From Lytechinus pictus (lineage: Eukaryota), in the NCBI RefSeq assembly GCF_037042905.1, contig NC_087252.1:62001-126000 (forward strand): 64,000 bases of DNA, written 5' to 3'. Position numbers and translations under genes: made by a program. The notes under the pieces were generated by a model that was not told the DNA's origin, did no database searches, and worked only from the letters and a program-made list of their open reading frames with translations. Shown piece after piece: positions 48,313 through 58,652 of this stretch. Within the stretch, counting starts at the first letter, position 1. Each line of letters starts with the position of its first letter.

Positions 48313-50599
48313 ATGTATATGAGATAAGCTAACACGAAAAAAATACGTTTTGGGGACTGTTAAATAAGAATTCATGAGTGGGATAGGTAACTATCTATTC
48401 TATTCTTGTTCGTTTTCTATTATTATTTGTGTGTTGTGTTTATTTTTCTTGAAGCACCAAAAGGTGGACATGTCCGCTAAGATATATTAATGAAGTCACC
48501 ATTATTATCACAAGCTAACGGATCAATTAAAATGCGAGCGTGAAACGTGAGCTTCTTTTTTTCTTAATTCAGTCTTAACGATACTTTTTCATCATATTTT
48601 AAAGGTGAATCTCATGATTCAAAATGATAAATGCTTGTCGCACGGGCAGAAATAGCGGGACCAATAGTTATTTTCAATATTCCGAACTGCATTCTGGACG
48701 TTGTATAAGCGCCTTTGTATAACAATTAAAAGGGTAGATCTATATACCTTACAAATTATGCGAGCGCTGAACTTTTTGACATTTAAACCTCAACAAATGG
48801 ACATTTTTAAAATATGAACAACATCATAAATGTCACTTACAAAAATGATGCCAGCGCGAAGCTCGCGCTTAGAGTTTTTGATATAAATGAAAAATAATGC
48901 GAGGGCATTTGCGCTTAAGATTTAAATTTGGGATTTGAAAAGTCCGACAGATTACCTATATACTTTTAAAAGAGGAATGACCTCCAGAATTCAAGCGCGA
49001 AGCGCCAGTAGATTTATGTTGAAGTTTAGACCTAGAACAGGGACGTTGAACCTTTATAATCATGAAAAAGATGGTATTTTTATAAATAAAACATGGGAGT
49101 CTAATTTTGTTTTAGTGTTAATATTCAGATCTTCAAACTTGACATTTTCCTATCCCCTTCATTATCCCCTCTCCTTCTCCCTTTCCCCATTTTCGTTCTC
49201 CCTTCTTTTCTTCTCTCCCTTTCCCTTCCCTTTTTCGCTTTTCCTTTCCCTTCTTTTCTTTCCTTTCTCCCTCCCCTACTCTTTTCTCGCTCTTTCCATT
49301 TTTCTTTCCCTCTCCCTTCCCCTCTTCCTTTCTTTTGTTTTCTTTCTATTTTATGGTCTCCTTTTCCCTCTCTCTCCTCTACCTTTCCCCCTCCCCTGAT
49401 CTGTCTTTTATTGTCTCTCCTTTCCTTTCCCGCCCCCTCCATTCCCTTTCTCGCTTTTTCCTTTCCCTTCTTTTCTTTCCTTTCTCCCTCCCCTATATAC
49501 TCTTTTCTCGCTCTTTCCACTTTTCTTTCCCTCTCCCTTCCCCTCTTCCTTTCCTTTGTTTTCTTTCTATTTTATGGTCTCCTTTTCCCTCTCTCTCCTC
49601 TACCTTTCCCCCTCCCTTTTCCTTTCCCTTTCCCTCTCCTTTTTTGTGCAAACATTAACACGAACATCTTGCTTCCTACACACACACAAACGCCCGCAAT
49701 CTAACACACGTAATGCGAAACAATCGGGACATTATCATTTTGTTCATACATATATATGTATATTTTCTCAATGAACATTTTCATCTATTTAAAGCTTTGA
49801 AAATTATCAAACAATGATTCCACAGGCGAAATCTCAATGATCGTTAGAAAGGTACTTTACCCATTTTCATTTTATGTCATTGTGATTATTCCATTCTAAG
49901 GCAACATATTTTGGATATAAAAATACGTGAAGGATATGTTCCTCTTCTGTTTTATACTTTAACAGAAAACATTTTGTTCAACCAAATTATGATTTGTATT
50001 TCCAAGTTCCATGTAATATTTTGATTGGAAAATCTCTTAAAGGTCAAGTGCACCCCAGAAAAAATTGTTTGAATAAATAGAGAACTATGTTGATTTTTGG
50101 TACAATTTCCTATTATGCGCCGACGACATGAATCGAGAATGTTCGATAGGAAAATTTCGCATTTCGATTGTTGTTTGCGTAATTTCCACCGCAGTACGAA
50201 GGATGACTAAGGACGGACCGAGCGAAGTATCCTGGTTGAGATTTGGAGGTAAGCGATAAAAACACTTTAATAAATAATTTATAATTGTTTTTTCAAATAA
50301 ACTTGATCATACGATCAAGATTAACATAGTGGACAAATATTGAAAGGTTTGGCGTAGTTTAGTCCCTCACATTCGTGTGATGAATGAAAACGTCAAAATG
50401 CACTATGAAATCACATGTGTTGTGCGAGGTTAGTATACTAACCTCGCATGTTGTGTGAGTGAGCTCAGTCAGCCAGTGAGCGTGTTCTGTTTGGATACCC
50501 ACCCCTCAGATACGGCAGAAAACAATTTCGTGTTGCGCTAGAACTTACCGTGTCTTCGCTGCTACAAGATACAACATGCTTTACTTGAACAATTGTCAT
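16298..50599 (-). CDS. XRCC1: DNA repair scaffold protein XRCC1, whole gene span, 14 coding exons, 570 aa
   Basis: Hand-assembled exons 50549-50599, 43436-43633, 42012-42170, 40965-41045, 40274-40379, 38208-38281, 36403-36532, 35091-35259, 34289-34402, 33442-33580, 32047-32162, 31078-31263, 30541-30616, 16298-16411. All introns are GT-AG, phases match, total 1713 nt. Translation has the XRCC1 N-terminal domain ([36 protein letters not shown]), BRCT1 ([22 protein letters not shown]), the YGGSTDE motif and BRCT2 (PDLPDFF..FVKPRW). Confidence 0.96.
16745..29798. repeat. 73-bp satellite array (~179 copies, 13 kb) in the last XRCC1 intron
   Basis: Unit GGCCTAGGAATACTAGTGAC(AT)AAAGGGTTTAC(A/G)AGAGCACATT(T/G)GCTAGCCGAACACAGTG(T/C)GTATTCTAAA, with a 71-bp variant; no long ORFs. 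Confidence 0.99.
30541..30616 (-). CDS. XRCC1: XRCC1 exon 13, BRCT2
   Basis: [25 protein letters not shown]; phase 2/0; GTAAGT donor. Confidence 0.95.
30856..31097. repeat. 31-bp tandem repeat (~8 copies) spanning the XRCC1 exon 12 donor
   Basis: Unit ATTCTTACCCATTAAATGCAATGATGAATAC is the reverse complement of the exon end (FIIAFNG codons) plus GTAAGAAT. Confidence 0.93.
31078..31263 (-). CDS. XRCC1: XRCC1 exon 12, start of BRCT2
   Basis: ...[36 protein letters not shown]; phase 2/2; GTAAGA donor. Confidence 0.95.
32047..32162 (-). CDS. XRCC1: XRCC1 exon 11, CK2/FHA-binding YGGSTDE motif
   Basis: [38 protein letters not shown]; phase 0/2; TAG acceptor and GTATGT donor. Confidence 0.9.
32081..32620. 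repeat. 138-bp tandem repeat (4 copies) spanning the XRCC1 exon 11 acceptor
   Basis: Exon starts recur at 32162, 32300, 32438 and 32576; each unit is ~59 nt of intron plus ~79 nt of exon. Confidence 0.95.
33442..33580 (-). CDS. XRCC1: XRCC1 exon 10, acidic linker 2
   Basis: [21 protein letters not shown]...KAPTPK; phase 2/0; GTGAGA donor. Confidence 0.9.
34289..34402 (-). CDS. XRCC1: XRCC1 exon 9, BRCT1 second half
   Basis: [37 protein letters not shown]; phase 2/2. Confidence 0.96.
35091..35259 (-). CDS. XRCC1: XRCC1 exon 8, BRCT1 first half
   Basis: [45 protein letters not shown]; phase 1/2; GTAAGT donor. Confidence 0.96.
36403..36532 (-). CDS. XRCC1: XRCC1 exon 7, basic NLS-like linker
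   Basis: [43 protein letters not shown]; phase 0/1 fits; TAG acceptor and GTCTGT donor. Confidence 0.8.
37685..37955 (+). mobile_element. LINE (L2/CR1-group) 3' end fragment
   Basis: [42 protein letters not shown] followed by GGCACTTTATAAGT and an (ATT)n tail. Confidence 0.85.
38208..38281 (-). CDS. XRCC1: XRCC1 exon 6
   Basis: (G)[24 protein letters not shown]; phase 1/0 fits neighbours; CAG acceptor and GTGCGT donor. Confidence 0.82.
38595..39946. mobile_element. Non-autonomous Helentron/DINE-1-like element with internal ~160-bp tandem repeats
   Basis: Sub-terminal inverted repeats GTCTCGCCTGCAT (~38617) and ATGCAGGCGAAAC (~39929), terminal hairpin, (GCC)n microsatellite, and ~6 internal copies of GACCTTTGACCTTGGTCATGTGACCTGAAACTC. 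Confidence 0.75.
40274..40379 (-). CDS. XRCC1: XRCC1 exon 5, linker 1 with FF (RIR-like) motif
   Basis: [26 protein letters not shown]...; phase 0/1; TAG acceptor and GTAAAG donor. Confidence 0.9.
40965..41045 (-). CDS. XRCC1: XRCC1 exon 4
   Basis: [27 protein letters not shown] (cf. human FGLSFVRFHSPP); CAG acceptor and GTTAGT donor. Confidence 0.92.
42012..42170 (-). CDS. XRCC1: XRCC1 exon 3, N-terminal domain
   Basis: [15 protein letters not shown]...NRVRMFGP...[17 protein letters not shown] acceptor and GTAAAT donor. Confidence 0.96.
43436..43633 (-). CDS. XRCC1: XRCC1 exon 2, N-terminal (Pol beta-binding) domain
   Basis: [16 protein letters not shown]...VILQLEK...[14 protein letters not shown]...EFQ; TAG acceptor, GT donor, phase 0/0. 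Confidence 0.95.
43916..44070. repeat. (GAT)n microsatellite
   Basis: Imperfect GAT/GGT/AAT triplets; accounts for the poly-M and poly-I ORFs. Confidence 0.95.
44138..45207. mobile_element. Non-autonomous Tc1/mariner-superfamily (Tc2/pogo-like) element
   Basis: TIRs CCGTAAGTAACGGACTATAAACCGCACC / GGTGCGATTAATAGACCGTTACTTACGG, with TA on both flanks. Confidence 0.9.
45410..46070. mobile_element. Non-autonomous DNA element, same family as 6950-7450
   Basis: CATGATTCTGGACG ... TGCGTCCGGAATCATAATG inverted ends; internal similarity to the reverse complement of 6950-7450. Confidence 0.7.
46972..47412. repeat. Dispersed duplicated segment; second copy at ~50088-50460
   Basis: GTTGATTTTTGGTACAATTTCCTATTA...GGTTGAGATTTGGAGGTAAGCGATAAAAACAC...TGCGAGGTTAGTA.TACTAACCTCGCATGTTGTGTGAGTGA in both copies, same orientation. 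Confidence 0.9.
48192..48320. repeat. (TA)n microsatellites
   Basis: Two long TA runs. Confidence 0.97.
49150..49642. repeat. CT-rich low-complexity tract with an internal ~220-bp duplication
   Basis: TTTCTCGCTCTTTCCA..TTTTATGGTCTCCTTTTCCCTCTCTCTCCTCTACCTTTCCCCCTCCC occurs twice. Confidence 0.9.
50549..50599 (-). CDS. XRCC1: XRCC1 exon 1 ([17 protein letters not shown])
   Basis: ATG at 50599-50597, 17 codons, donor GTAAGT; matches the XRCC1 N-terminus (human MPEIRLRHVVSCSSQDS). Confidence 0.92.
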
Positions 50600-50825
50600 C
50601 TTCACCGTTTCTTTCGTTATCTTGATGTACTAGCAAAGTCAAATATGCGAATTTCAGAGTGAAATTGACAAAACAATGACTCAATCCTCAATAATTCAAG
50701 TCGAAATAAATGATCGTGGCGGTGACGATCGCGAGGCTTTGTTTTTCCCGCAACATGCACCGACCTGATGATGACGTCATAATCCAAAGGGGCGGGGATA
50801 TCCGCGATAGATCCGACGACAAAAA
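50600..50825 (-). promoter_or_regulatory. XRCC1 5' UTR/proximal promoter with CRE (TGACGTCA 50772-50779) and GC box (~50788-50797)
   Basis: CpG-rich patch immediately upstream of the ATG; perfect ATGACGTCAT palindrome and GGGGCGGGG. Confidence 0.55.
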
Positions 50826-51007
50826 TTACAAAGGTGGATGTTTTTGATGGAGGGGGGGGGGGGGGGTACTCGGATTTAGGATGGGTAGGAAGTTCTGTGG
50901 CTCCAAAATCTGAAACCATGCTATTGAGAACTAAACTTGATTGATAAAATTATGAAAATATCGCTCCTAAACGCACTTGGCAGTCATTTTATGGGGTAGA
51001 CCTAAGG

Positions 51008-52996
51008 CCCAGGACCAAAATCCAATTAAAACCAGTTGGATTTCCAACTGGTTTCAATTGGTTTTAACTGGTTTCAATTGGTTTTAACTGGAATTTAACA
51101 ATTTCCAGTTGAAACCAATTGAAACCAGTTGGGCGACTGGAAATCCTAACTGGAACCAGTTGGGTAACTGGAAATGACTTCCAATTGGAAATGATTTCTA
51201 ACTGGAACCAATTGAGTAACTGGAAATCCCAACTGGAACCAGTTGGGCAACTGGAAATCCCAACTGGAACCAGTTGGGCAACTGGAAATCCTAACTGGAA
51301 CCAGTTGGGTAACTGGAAATGACTTCCAACTGGAAATGATTTCTAACTGGAACCAGTTGGGTAACTGGAAATCCTAACTGGAACCAGTTGGGTAACTGGA
51401 AATGACTTCCAATTGGAAATTATTTCTAACAGGAACCAGTTGAGTAACTGGAAATCCCAACTGGAACCAGTTGGGCAACTGGAAATCCCAACTGGAACCA
51501 GTTGGGTAACTGGAAATGACTTCCAACTGGAAATGATTTCTAACTGGAACCAGTTGGGTAACTGGAAATCCTAACTTGAACCATGCAGTTGTGTAACTGG
51601 AAATCCTAACTGGTACCAATTGGGTAACTGGAGATGACTTCTAACTGGAAAGTTGGGTAACTGGAAATGAATTCTAATTGGAACCAGTTGGGTAACTGGA
51701 AATAAAACTGGAACCAGTTGGGTAACTGGAAATGACTTCCAACTGGAAATGATTTCTAACTGGAACCAGTTGGGTAACTGGAAATCCTAACTGGAACCAG
51801 TTGGGTAACTGGAAATGACTTCCAATTGGAAATTATTTCTAACTGGAACCAGTTGAGTAACTGGAAATCCCAACTGGAACCAATTGGGCAACTGGAAATC
51901 CTAACTGGAACCAGTTGGGTAACTGGAAATGACTTCCAACTGGAAATGATTTCTAACTGGAACCAGTTGGGTAACTGGAAATCCTAACTTGAACCATGCA
52001 GTTGTGTAACTGGAAATCCTAACTGGTACCAATTGGGTAACTGGAGATGACTTCTAACTGGAAAGTTGGGTAACTGGAAATGAATTCTAATTGGAACCAG
52101 TTGGGTAACTGGAAATAAAACTGGAACCAGTTGGGTAACTGGAAATGATTTCCAATTGGTTTCCAATTGGACATTTTCCAGTTACCCAACTGGATCCAAT
52201 TGAAACCAGTTAATTTGCATATTATCTGCCAGTGTGCACAGATTAAAGTTTTATGAGATTCATCATCATTAACAATGTATCTATTTAATTCTTTTCAATT
52301 TCAAGTGCCACACTTTTTAAAGATAAGTATTTAGAATACTTAGCAGTGAAAACCATGTTCATAAATGTTATAGATTATAATTAAAACAGATTAAAGGATA
52401 ATTAGTACACCACTAACTGTTACCAAATTACATCAAATAAAAATGCATATATTTGAAGATCTTCCATATAATATATACACATGAAAGTCTGTATTTTATC
52501 AATGCCCTTTACATTGGTATTAATAGACATATAATACTGCTTCTGTGTTGGCATATGAGCAATAGTTAGTGCAAATGCTAATTAATTTGTAATTAATTAA
52601 TTTCATTCCAATTAGTTCCAATTGGATCCAGTTGGAAACCAATTGGTTTCAACTGTTTCCAGTTGAAACCAGTTGTCTCCAATTGGTTTCAACTGGAACC
52701 AATTGAAACCAGTTGCCTCCAAGTGGATTCAATTGGTTTTAATAGGGAAATTGGAACAACTGGAACCAATTGACACCAATTGCCAACTGGTTCCAGTTGC
52801 CCAATTGGTTTTAACTGGAACCAATTGGCAACTGGTTTTCAATTGGAACCAGTTGGCAACTGGTTTTCAATTGGAACCAGTTGGCAACTGGTTTTCAATT
52901 GGAACCAGTTGTTCCAATTTCCCTATTGAAACCAGTTGGCCAACTGGTTTCAATTGGTTTTGCCCTTATTGGTTTTAACTGGATTTTGGTCCTGGG
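51008..52996. mobile_element. Non-autonomous TIR element with CCC..GGG ends and AACTGG/CCAGTT sub-terminal repeat arrays (CMC/EnSpm-like or foldback)
   Basis: TIR CCCAGGACCAAAATCCA.TTAAAACCA at both ends, GG dinucleotide on both flanks, dense AACTGGAACCAGTTGG repeats at 51030-52210 and 52605-52980. Confidence 0.82.
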
Positions 52997-53814
52997 GGAG
53001 TAAGGGCATCAAAAAACACAGATTTTCATTTGTAGTTTTGAAAGACTGGTCAATGGTCAATCGCAGGGTCAAACGTAATTTGGGTATTTTTTTCCAAAGC
53101 TTTTTTTTTAAGACTAGGACTAGCCAAACGTGTTTAGGGTATGTTTTTCCCCAAAGCTTTTTCCCCGGGGTCATATTCTGGCGACAACTTGTTTAGGGGC
53201 CAAACTCTGTAAATAAAGCCCGCGAAAAACTTGTTTAGGGGTTATTTTACCCCGGTATTTTACACACAGAGAAATACCTGTTTCTATAAGGTGGTGTTTG
53301 GAAATAATTTGGCCACGCGTGCGTACAGCAATACATTTGACCCCCCCCCCCCCCGCGGGGGCCAATCCATTTTCCAATTTTTTCGGAATGCACCCTCATC
53401 TCCCCCCCCCCCCCTTCTCATTATGTTCAAAGTTTTGAATTATTTCAGTGAACCATGCAATTATATGCATATCTACACAATAATATTTTGCTATGAACAA
53501 ATTGATGATAATTTATATACCCACTATTTTTTTGGGTACTTTATCACAATGAAATCATTTATTCATTTTGCCCTCCAAGAATAAGAACAATTGGATTGAC
53601 TACTGATACTTTCATTGCTGCAATTCATTTCGTAATTAAAGGAAATGCAAGTCCACCCCAACAAAAAAAAACTTGATTTGAATGAAAAAAAGAAAATCCA
53701 ACAAGCATGACACTGAAAATTTTATCAAAATCGGATGTAAAATAAAAGTTTCGCTTCATTAAAAAAAAATCAAAATATGCCAATTCTGGTCGGTATGTAG
53801 GCCCTAAATGAGGA

Positions 53815-54740
53815 CAGTGGCGTAGCCAGGCGCGGATCCATGGGGGGGCCGAGGGGGCCTTGGCCCCCCCCCCCCCCCTTCGGCTAAAAAAAAAGAGAGG
53901 GAAAGAAAGAGAAAAAAGAGGGGAAAGAAAAGAAGAAAAAGAAGAGAAGGAAGAGGGGGAAGAAGGGAAGAAAAAAGAGGAAAAGGGGGGAGAGGAAAGG
54001 GGAGAGGGGGGAGGAAAAGGAGAAAAAAAGACAGAGGAAGAAGGAAGAAAGAAGAGAAGAAAGAGAAAGGGGAAAAGAAGAGGGAAAAGAGAGAGGAAAA
54101 GGGGGAAGGAAGAAAAGGAGAAAAAAGAAAGAGGAAAGGGGGAAAGAAAAGAAGAAAAAGGGAAGAGGGGGAAGGAAGGGAAGGAAAAGGAAGAGGAAAA
54201 GGGGAAAGAAAGAGAAGGAAAAAGAGAGGGAAAGGAAAAGGAGAAAAAAAAAGAAAGAAGGGAAAGGAAGAGAAAAAAAAGAGAGCGAGGAAAAAGAGGA
54301 AAGAAAAGGAGAAAAAAAGGAAGAGAAGAAAAGGGAGGGGGAGGGAGAGGGGGAAGAAAAAAGAGGAAGAGGGGAAAAGAAAAGGAGAAAAAGGAGAGAG
54401 GAAAGAAGAGAAGAAAAAAGAGAGGGGAAAGAAAAGAAGAAAAAAGAAGAGGGGAAAGAAAAGAAGAAAAAAAAAGAGAAGAAGAGGGGAAAGAGAGAAA
54501 AAAAGAGGAAGAGGGGGAAGGAAGAGAAGAAAAAGGGAGGGGGAGGGGGAAGAAAAAAAGAGGAAGCGGGGAAAGAAGAGGGGGAAGAGAGAGGAAGAGG
54601 GGAAAAGGAAAAGGAGAGAGAGGAAGAGGGAAGAAAGAAGAGAAGGAAAAAGAGAGAGAAAGGTGGGAAAGAAAAGAAGAAAAGGGGAGAGGAAGAGGGG
54701 GAAAGAAGAGAAGAAAAAAAAGGAAGAGGAGGAAAGAAAA
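53815..54740. repeat. ~850-bp polypurine (GA) tract behind nested CAGTGGCGTAGC/CAGGCGCGGATCC MITE ends
   Basis: Almost pure A/G on the plus strand from 53887 to 54740; accounts for the spurious K/E/R/G and F/S/L/P ORFs. Confidence 0.92.
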
Positions 54741-56280
54741 TGATGTTCGAACCAAAAGGGCGCCGAAATGATGTTCGAATGAATGTTAAAATGATGTTCT
54801 AACTGGGGGCCGAATTGATGTTCGAACGGGGGGGGGGGGCGAATTGATGTTCGACGTAGGGGCGCCAAATTGATGTTGGAACTAGGGGGCGCCAAATTGA
54901 TACTCGAGCTAGGGGGGGGGGGCGAAATGATATTCGAACTAGGGGCGGCAAATTGATGTTGGACCTACATGTAGGGGCGCCGAATTGATACTCGAACTAG
55001 GAGGAAGCCGAAATGATGTTCGAAGGGATGTTAAAATGATGATCGAACTGGGGGCGCCAGATTGATACTCGAACTAGGGGGGGGGGGAGGGGGCCGAATC
55101 GATGTTCGAACTAGGGGGGCGCCAAATTGATACTCGAACTAGGGGGGCTCAGAATTGATGTTGGAACTAGGGGGCGCCAAATTGATACTCGAACTATGGG
55201 GCGCCAAATTGATGTTGGACCTACATGTAGGGGCGCCGAATTGATATTCGATCTAGGAGGGCGCCAAAATGATGTTCGAAGGGATGTTAAAATGATGTTC
55301 GAACTGGGGGAGCCAAATTGATACTCAAACTAGGGGGGGGGGGCTTATCAATGTTCGTGCTAGGGGGCGCCAAACTGATACTCAAACTAGGGGGGCGCCG
55401 AATTGATGTTCGAACTAGGGGGGCGCCAAATTGATACTCGAGCTAGGGGGGGGGCGAAATTATATTCGAACTAGGGAAGCCAAATTGAGTTCGAAGGGAT
55501 GCCAAAATGATGTTCGAGCTGGGGGTCGAATTGATGTTCAAACGGGACGGGGGGGGGGGGCGAATTGATGATCGACCTACATGTAGGGGCGTCGAATAGA
55601 TACTCGAACTAGGGGGGGCGCCGAATTGATGTTCGAACTAGGGGCACCACATTGATGTTTGAACTAGGGGGCGCCGAATTGATATTCGAACTAGGGGCGC
55701 CAATTTGATATTCCAACTGGGGCGCCAAATTGATGTTCGACCTAGGAAGGCCAAATAGATGTTCGACGTAGGGGGGGGGAGTTGCGCCGAATTGATGTTC
55801 GACGTAGGGGCGCAAAATTTATGTTCGACATCGGAGGGCGCCGATTGAATGTTCGAACTAGGGGCGCAAAATTCATGTTCGAACTAGGGGGCGCCGAATT
55901 GCTATTCGAACTTGGGGCGCCAAAATGACGTTCGAACTATGGGGCGCCGAATTGATGTTCGAACAAGGGGGAGGGGGCGAATTAATTTTCGAACTAGATG
56001 GGGGCGCCAAATTGATGTTTGAACTGGGAGGGGCGCCAAATTGATGTTCGAACTAGGGGAGCGCCGAATTGATGTTCAAACTAGCGGGGCGCCAAATTGA
56101 TGTTCGAACTAGGGGAGCGCTTATTTGATGTTTGACCATAAGGCGACAAATACATGTTTCAGAAGGGGGAGGGCAAAGTGATATTTAACATGGCGCCAAA
56201 TTCGTGTTCAACCGAGGGCGCCAAATTGACCTTGAACTTAGGGGGCTCCATGCAAATTTAGGTTCGACCGGGGGCGCAAC
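54740..56280. repeat. Degenerate ~26-bp minisatellite (AATTGATGTTCGAACTAGGGGGCGCC)
   Basis: Dozens of copies with a variable G run; contains TTCGAA and GGCGCC palindromes. Confidence 0.93.
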
Positions 56281-56918
56281 ATTGCTCGTATTGCCTGTTT
56301 ATAGTGAAATTTATTTCCTGCCCAAAAAGGTTAAATTAATGCGGCTGAATTAAAATATTCCGTTTTTACGATAATAGGCAAAAATCAATGTGCTCGAGTT
56401 TGAAGTTTGTTTGGCGAGATAGGTATCCTGTTCAGGGTCAGAAAAGGGGTTAATATCAAATTCAGCTAGCGCTACGCGCTCGCAATATTTGATTAGTGAG
56501 GTATGTATCCTCTCCATCGATCACACGTACATAAGTCCTTAAAATGTTAGTGTTTTTCAAGTCAATATACATAGGCCGATCCAGGGGGCAAAGTTTTTGC
56601 CCCCCCCCCCCCCATGGTGGCGCAATAAAAGGAAATAAAAAGAAAAGAAAAAGACGAAAAGAAAAAGGAAAAACTTTTAGAATAGGAATTATACCTTAAA
56701 AGAGTCCTTCTTAAGTCAGTATATAAAAAAAATTGAGCTCGCGCTTCGCGCTCGCATCACTGTTTGGTTATATACGCATCCCGACCTCACAGTTTTTTTA
56801 TGCGAACGAGAAGCACAAGCTGAAAATATTTTATATTCTAATCTAACAACTGAAAATGTCCTTTTCATTTCATCATTAAAAAAGTTTTCAGCTAACGCTT
56901 CGCGCTTGCATTCATTTC

Positions 56919-57415
56919 TTAAAGGACAAGTCCACCCCCCCAAAAAAAAATGTTGATTTGAATAAATAGAAAAAAATCAAACAAGCATTATGCTGAAAAT
57001 TTCATCAAAATCGGATATAAAATAAGAAAATTATGACATTTCAAAATTTTGCTTATTTTTCACAAAACAGTGATATGCACAACTCAGTGACATGCAAATG
57101 AGACAGTCGATGATGTCCCTAACTCACTAATTCCTTTGTTTTTATTGTTAGAATATTATTTCATTTTTTACAGATTTTACAATACGGACCAACTTGATTG
57201 AACCATTTAGTATTAAACAATGCTAATTGCTCATGTTCAGGGAGGAATTAATCGTTGTTTCACACGACAACGGAGAAAAATGGAATATTTCATATTTCAT
57301 GTACTAAAATACAAAAAGAAGTAGTGAGTGAGTGATGTCATCAGTCTCCTCATTTGCATACCGACAAGGATGTGAATATAACTGGTTTGTGAAATTAAGC
57401 GAAACTTTAAAATGT
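56919..57415 (+). mobile_element. TTAA-AGG-ended MITE (Kolobok-like), right end truncated; fragments at ~53636-53750 and ~50037-50085
   Basis: TTAAAGGACAAGTCCACCCC..AAAA..TTGATTTGAATAAA..CAAGCAT..CTGAAAATTTCATCAAAATCGGAT shared among the copies. Confidence 0.7.
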
Positions 57416-57554
57416 TGTAGGCCTACCTATTATCTTTGTGTATTTATAAGATTCTCAAAATATTCCTTTTCAGGTGTCTCGATTGTAAAAAATGAAGGCC
57501 TATGAGCTAGCGCTGTGCGCTCGCATTTTGATTGGTGAGTTCTGTATACCTATA

Positions 57555-58652
57555 CAGTGGCGTAACTAAGGGGGGCATGGGGGGCACGTGCCCCCCCCCC
57601 ATCGGCTGCCCCCCCCCCCCCAAAAAAAAGAAATTATTGTTTATTATAATGTTATATTATATCATAATTATGTTACATAAGAAGCATTTTTTTTCATGAC
57701 TTTATGAAACAGTTTGCTCAGGGTCTATGTCTTCATTGTTCCTGGTGCTCGCATAGACTGTTTAACGAGATGTATAATCCCGTTTTCAAATCAATGTACA
57801 CCAAATATATTTCCTCGCAATTCGAGTTATTATTGTTTTATGAAGTGACATTTGCTTCTTTTTCATGACTACTTAAAGTGATTGCCCAATTTTAAGGTCT
57901 TAATATAAAACATTTCCTGTCCGTGCTAACGTTCGCATTAGTTTATTGGTGAGATGTCTGCTCTTCATGAATTCCTAAAATCAGTCCTTAAAATGTCAAT
58001 TTTTCTGATCTGAATATCAAAAAATTTTAGCTCGCGCTTCGCGCTCGCATCATTTGGTTAGTGAAATACGTAAGGACTTAGTGAATTCCTACAAACAAGC
58101 CTTAGAATGCCCCTCTTCAGGTCTGAATTTCATAAATTTTCAGCTCGCGCTTCGCGCTCGCAGTATTTGATTAGTGAGATGCGTACATGATAATCATGAT
58201 TGCAATGACTACAAAAATGCTCATATGTTTAGATGTAATTCTAACAAAATCAGCAAAGGATGGCACTATCATTAGATGACTATGCTGAGATATTTATACT
58301 CTTAATGGTTACCTAAAATATAGTCCTTAAAATGTCCCTGTTTGAGGTCAATATGTACAAAAATTTCAGCTCGCGCTTCGCGCTCGCATTGTTTGTTTAG
58401 CGAGACAGGTACGTATCACGATTACAAAAAATTTGCTTATAATGTCCCTTTCAGGTCTGAATATCAAAAATTTTCAGCTCGCGCTTCGCGCTCGCATTAT
58501 TTAATCAGTGAGATACTTATCCGTTTAATGGCATTGCATGTCCTTAAAATTTCTCTATTAGGTCAGTATACCTGGCAACTGAGCGCGCTCCCTAAGTGAC
58601 ACCAAATTTGTGGTGGTGCCCCCACAATGCCGTGACCCACGGTACGCCACTG
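57555..58652. mobile_element. Non-autonomous hAT-type element
   Basis: CAGTGGCGTA...TACGCCACTG TIRs with a perfect 8-bp TSD TACCTATA (57547-57554 and 58653-58660). Confidence 0.9.

Noticed and set aside
48935..49774. Overlapping low-complexity ORFs
   Set aside because: CT-rich duplicated tract in XRCC1 intron 1.
51119..52978. W/Q/N-rich ORFs in the AACTGG element as a transposase
   Set aside because: Pure repeat translations without DDE or other catalytic motifs.
53625..54895. 300-376 aa ORFs (K/E/R/G-rich and F/S/L/P-rich)
   Set aside because: By-product of a polypurine tract lacking stop codons; no domain or splice evidence.
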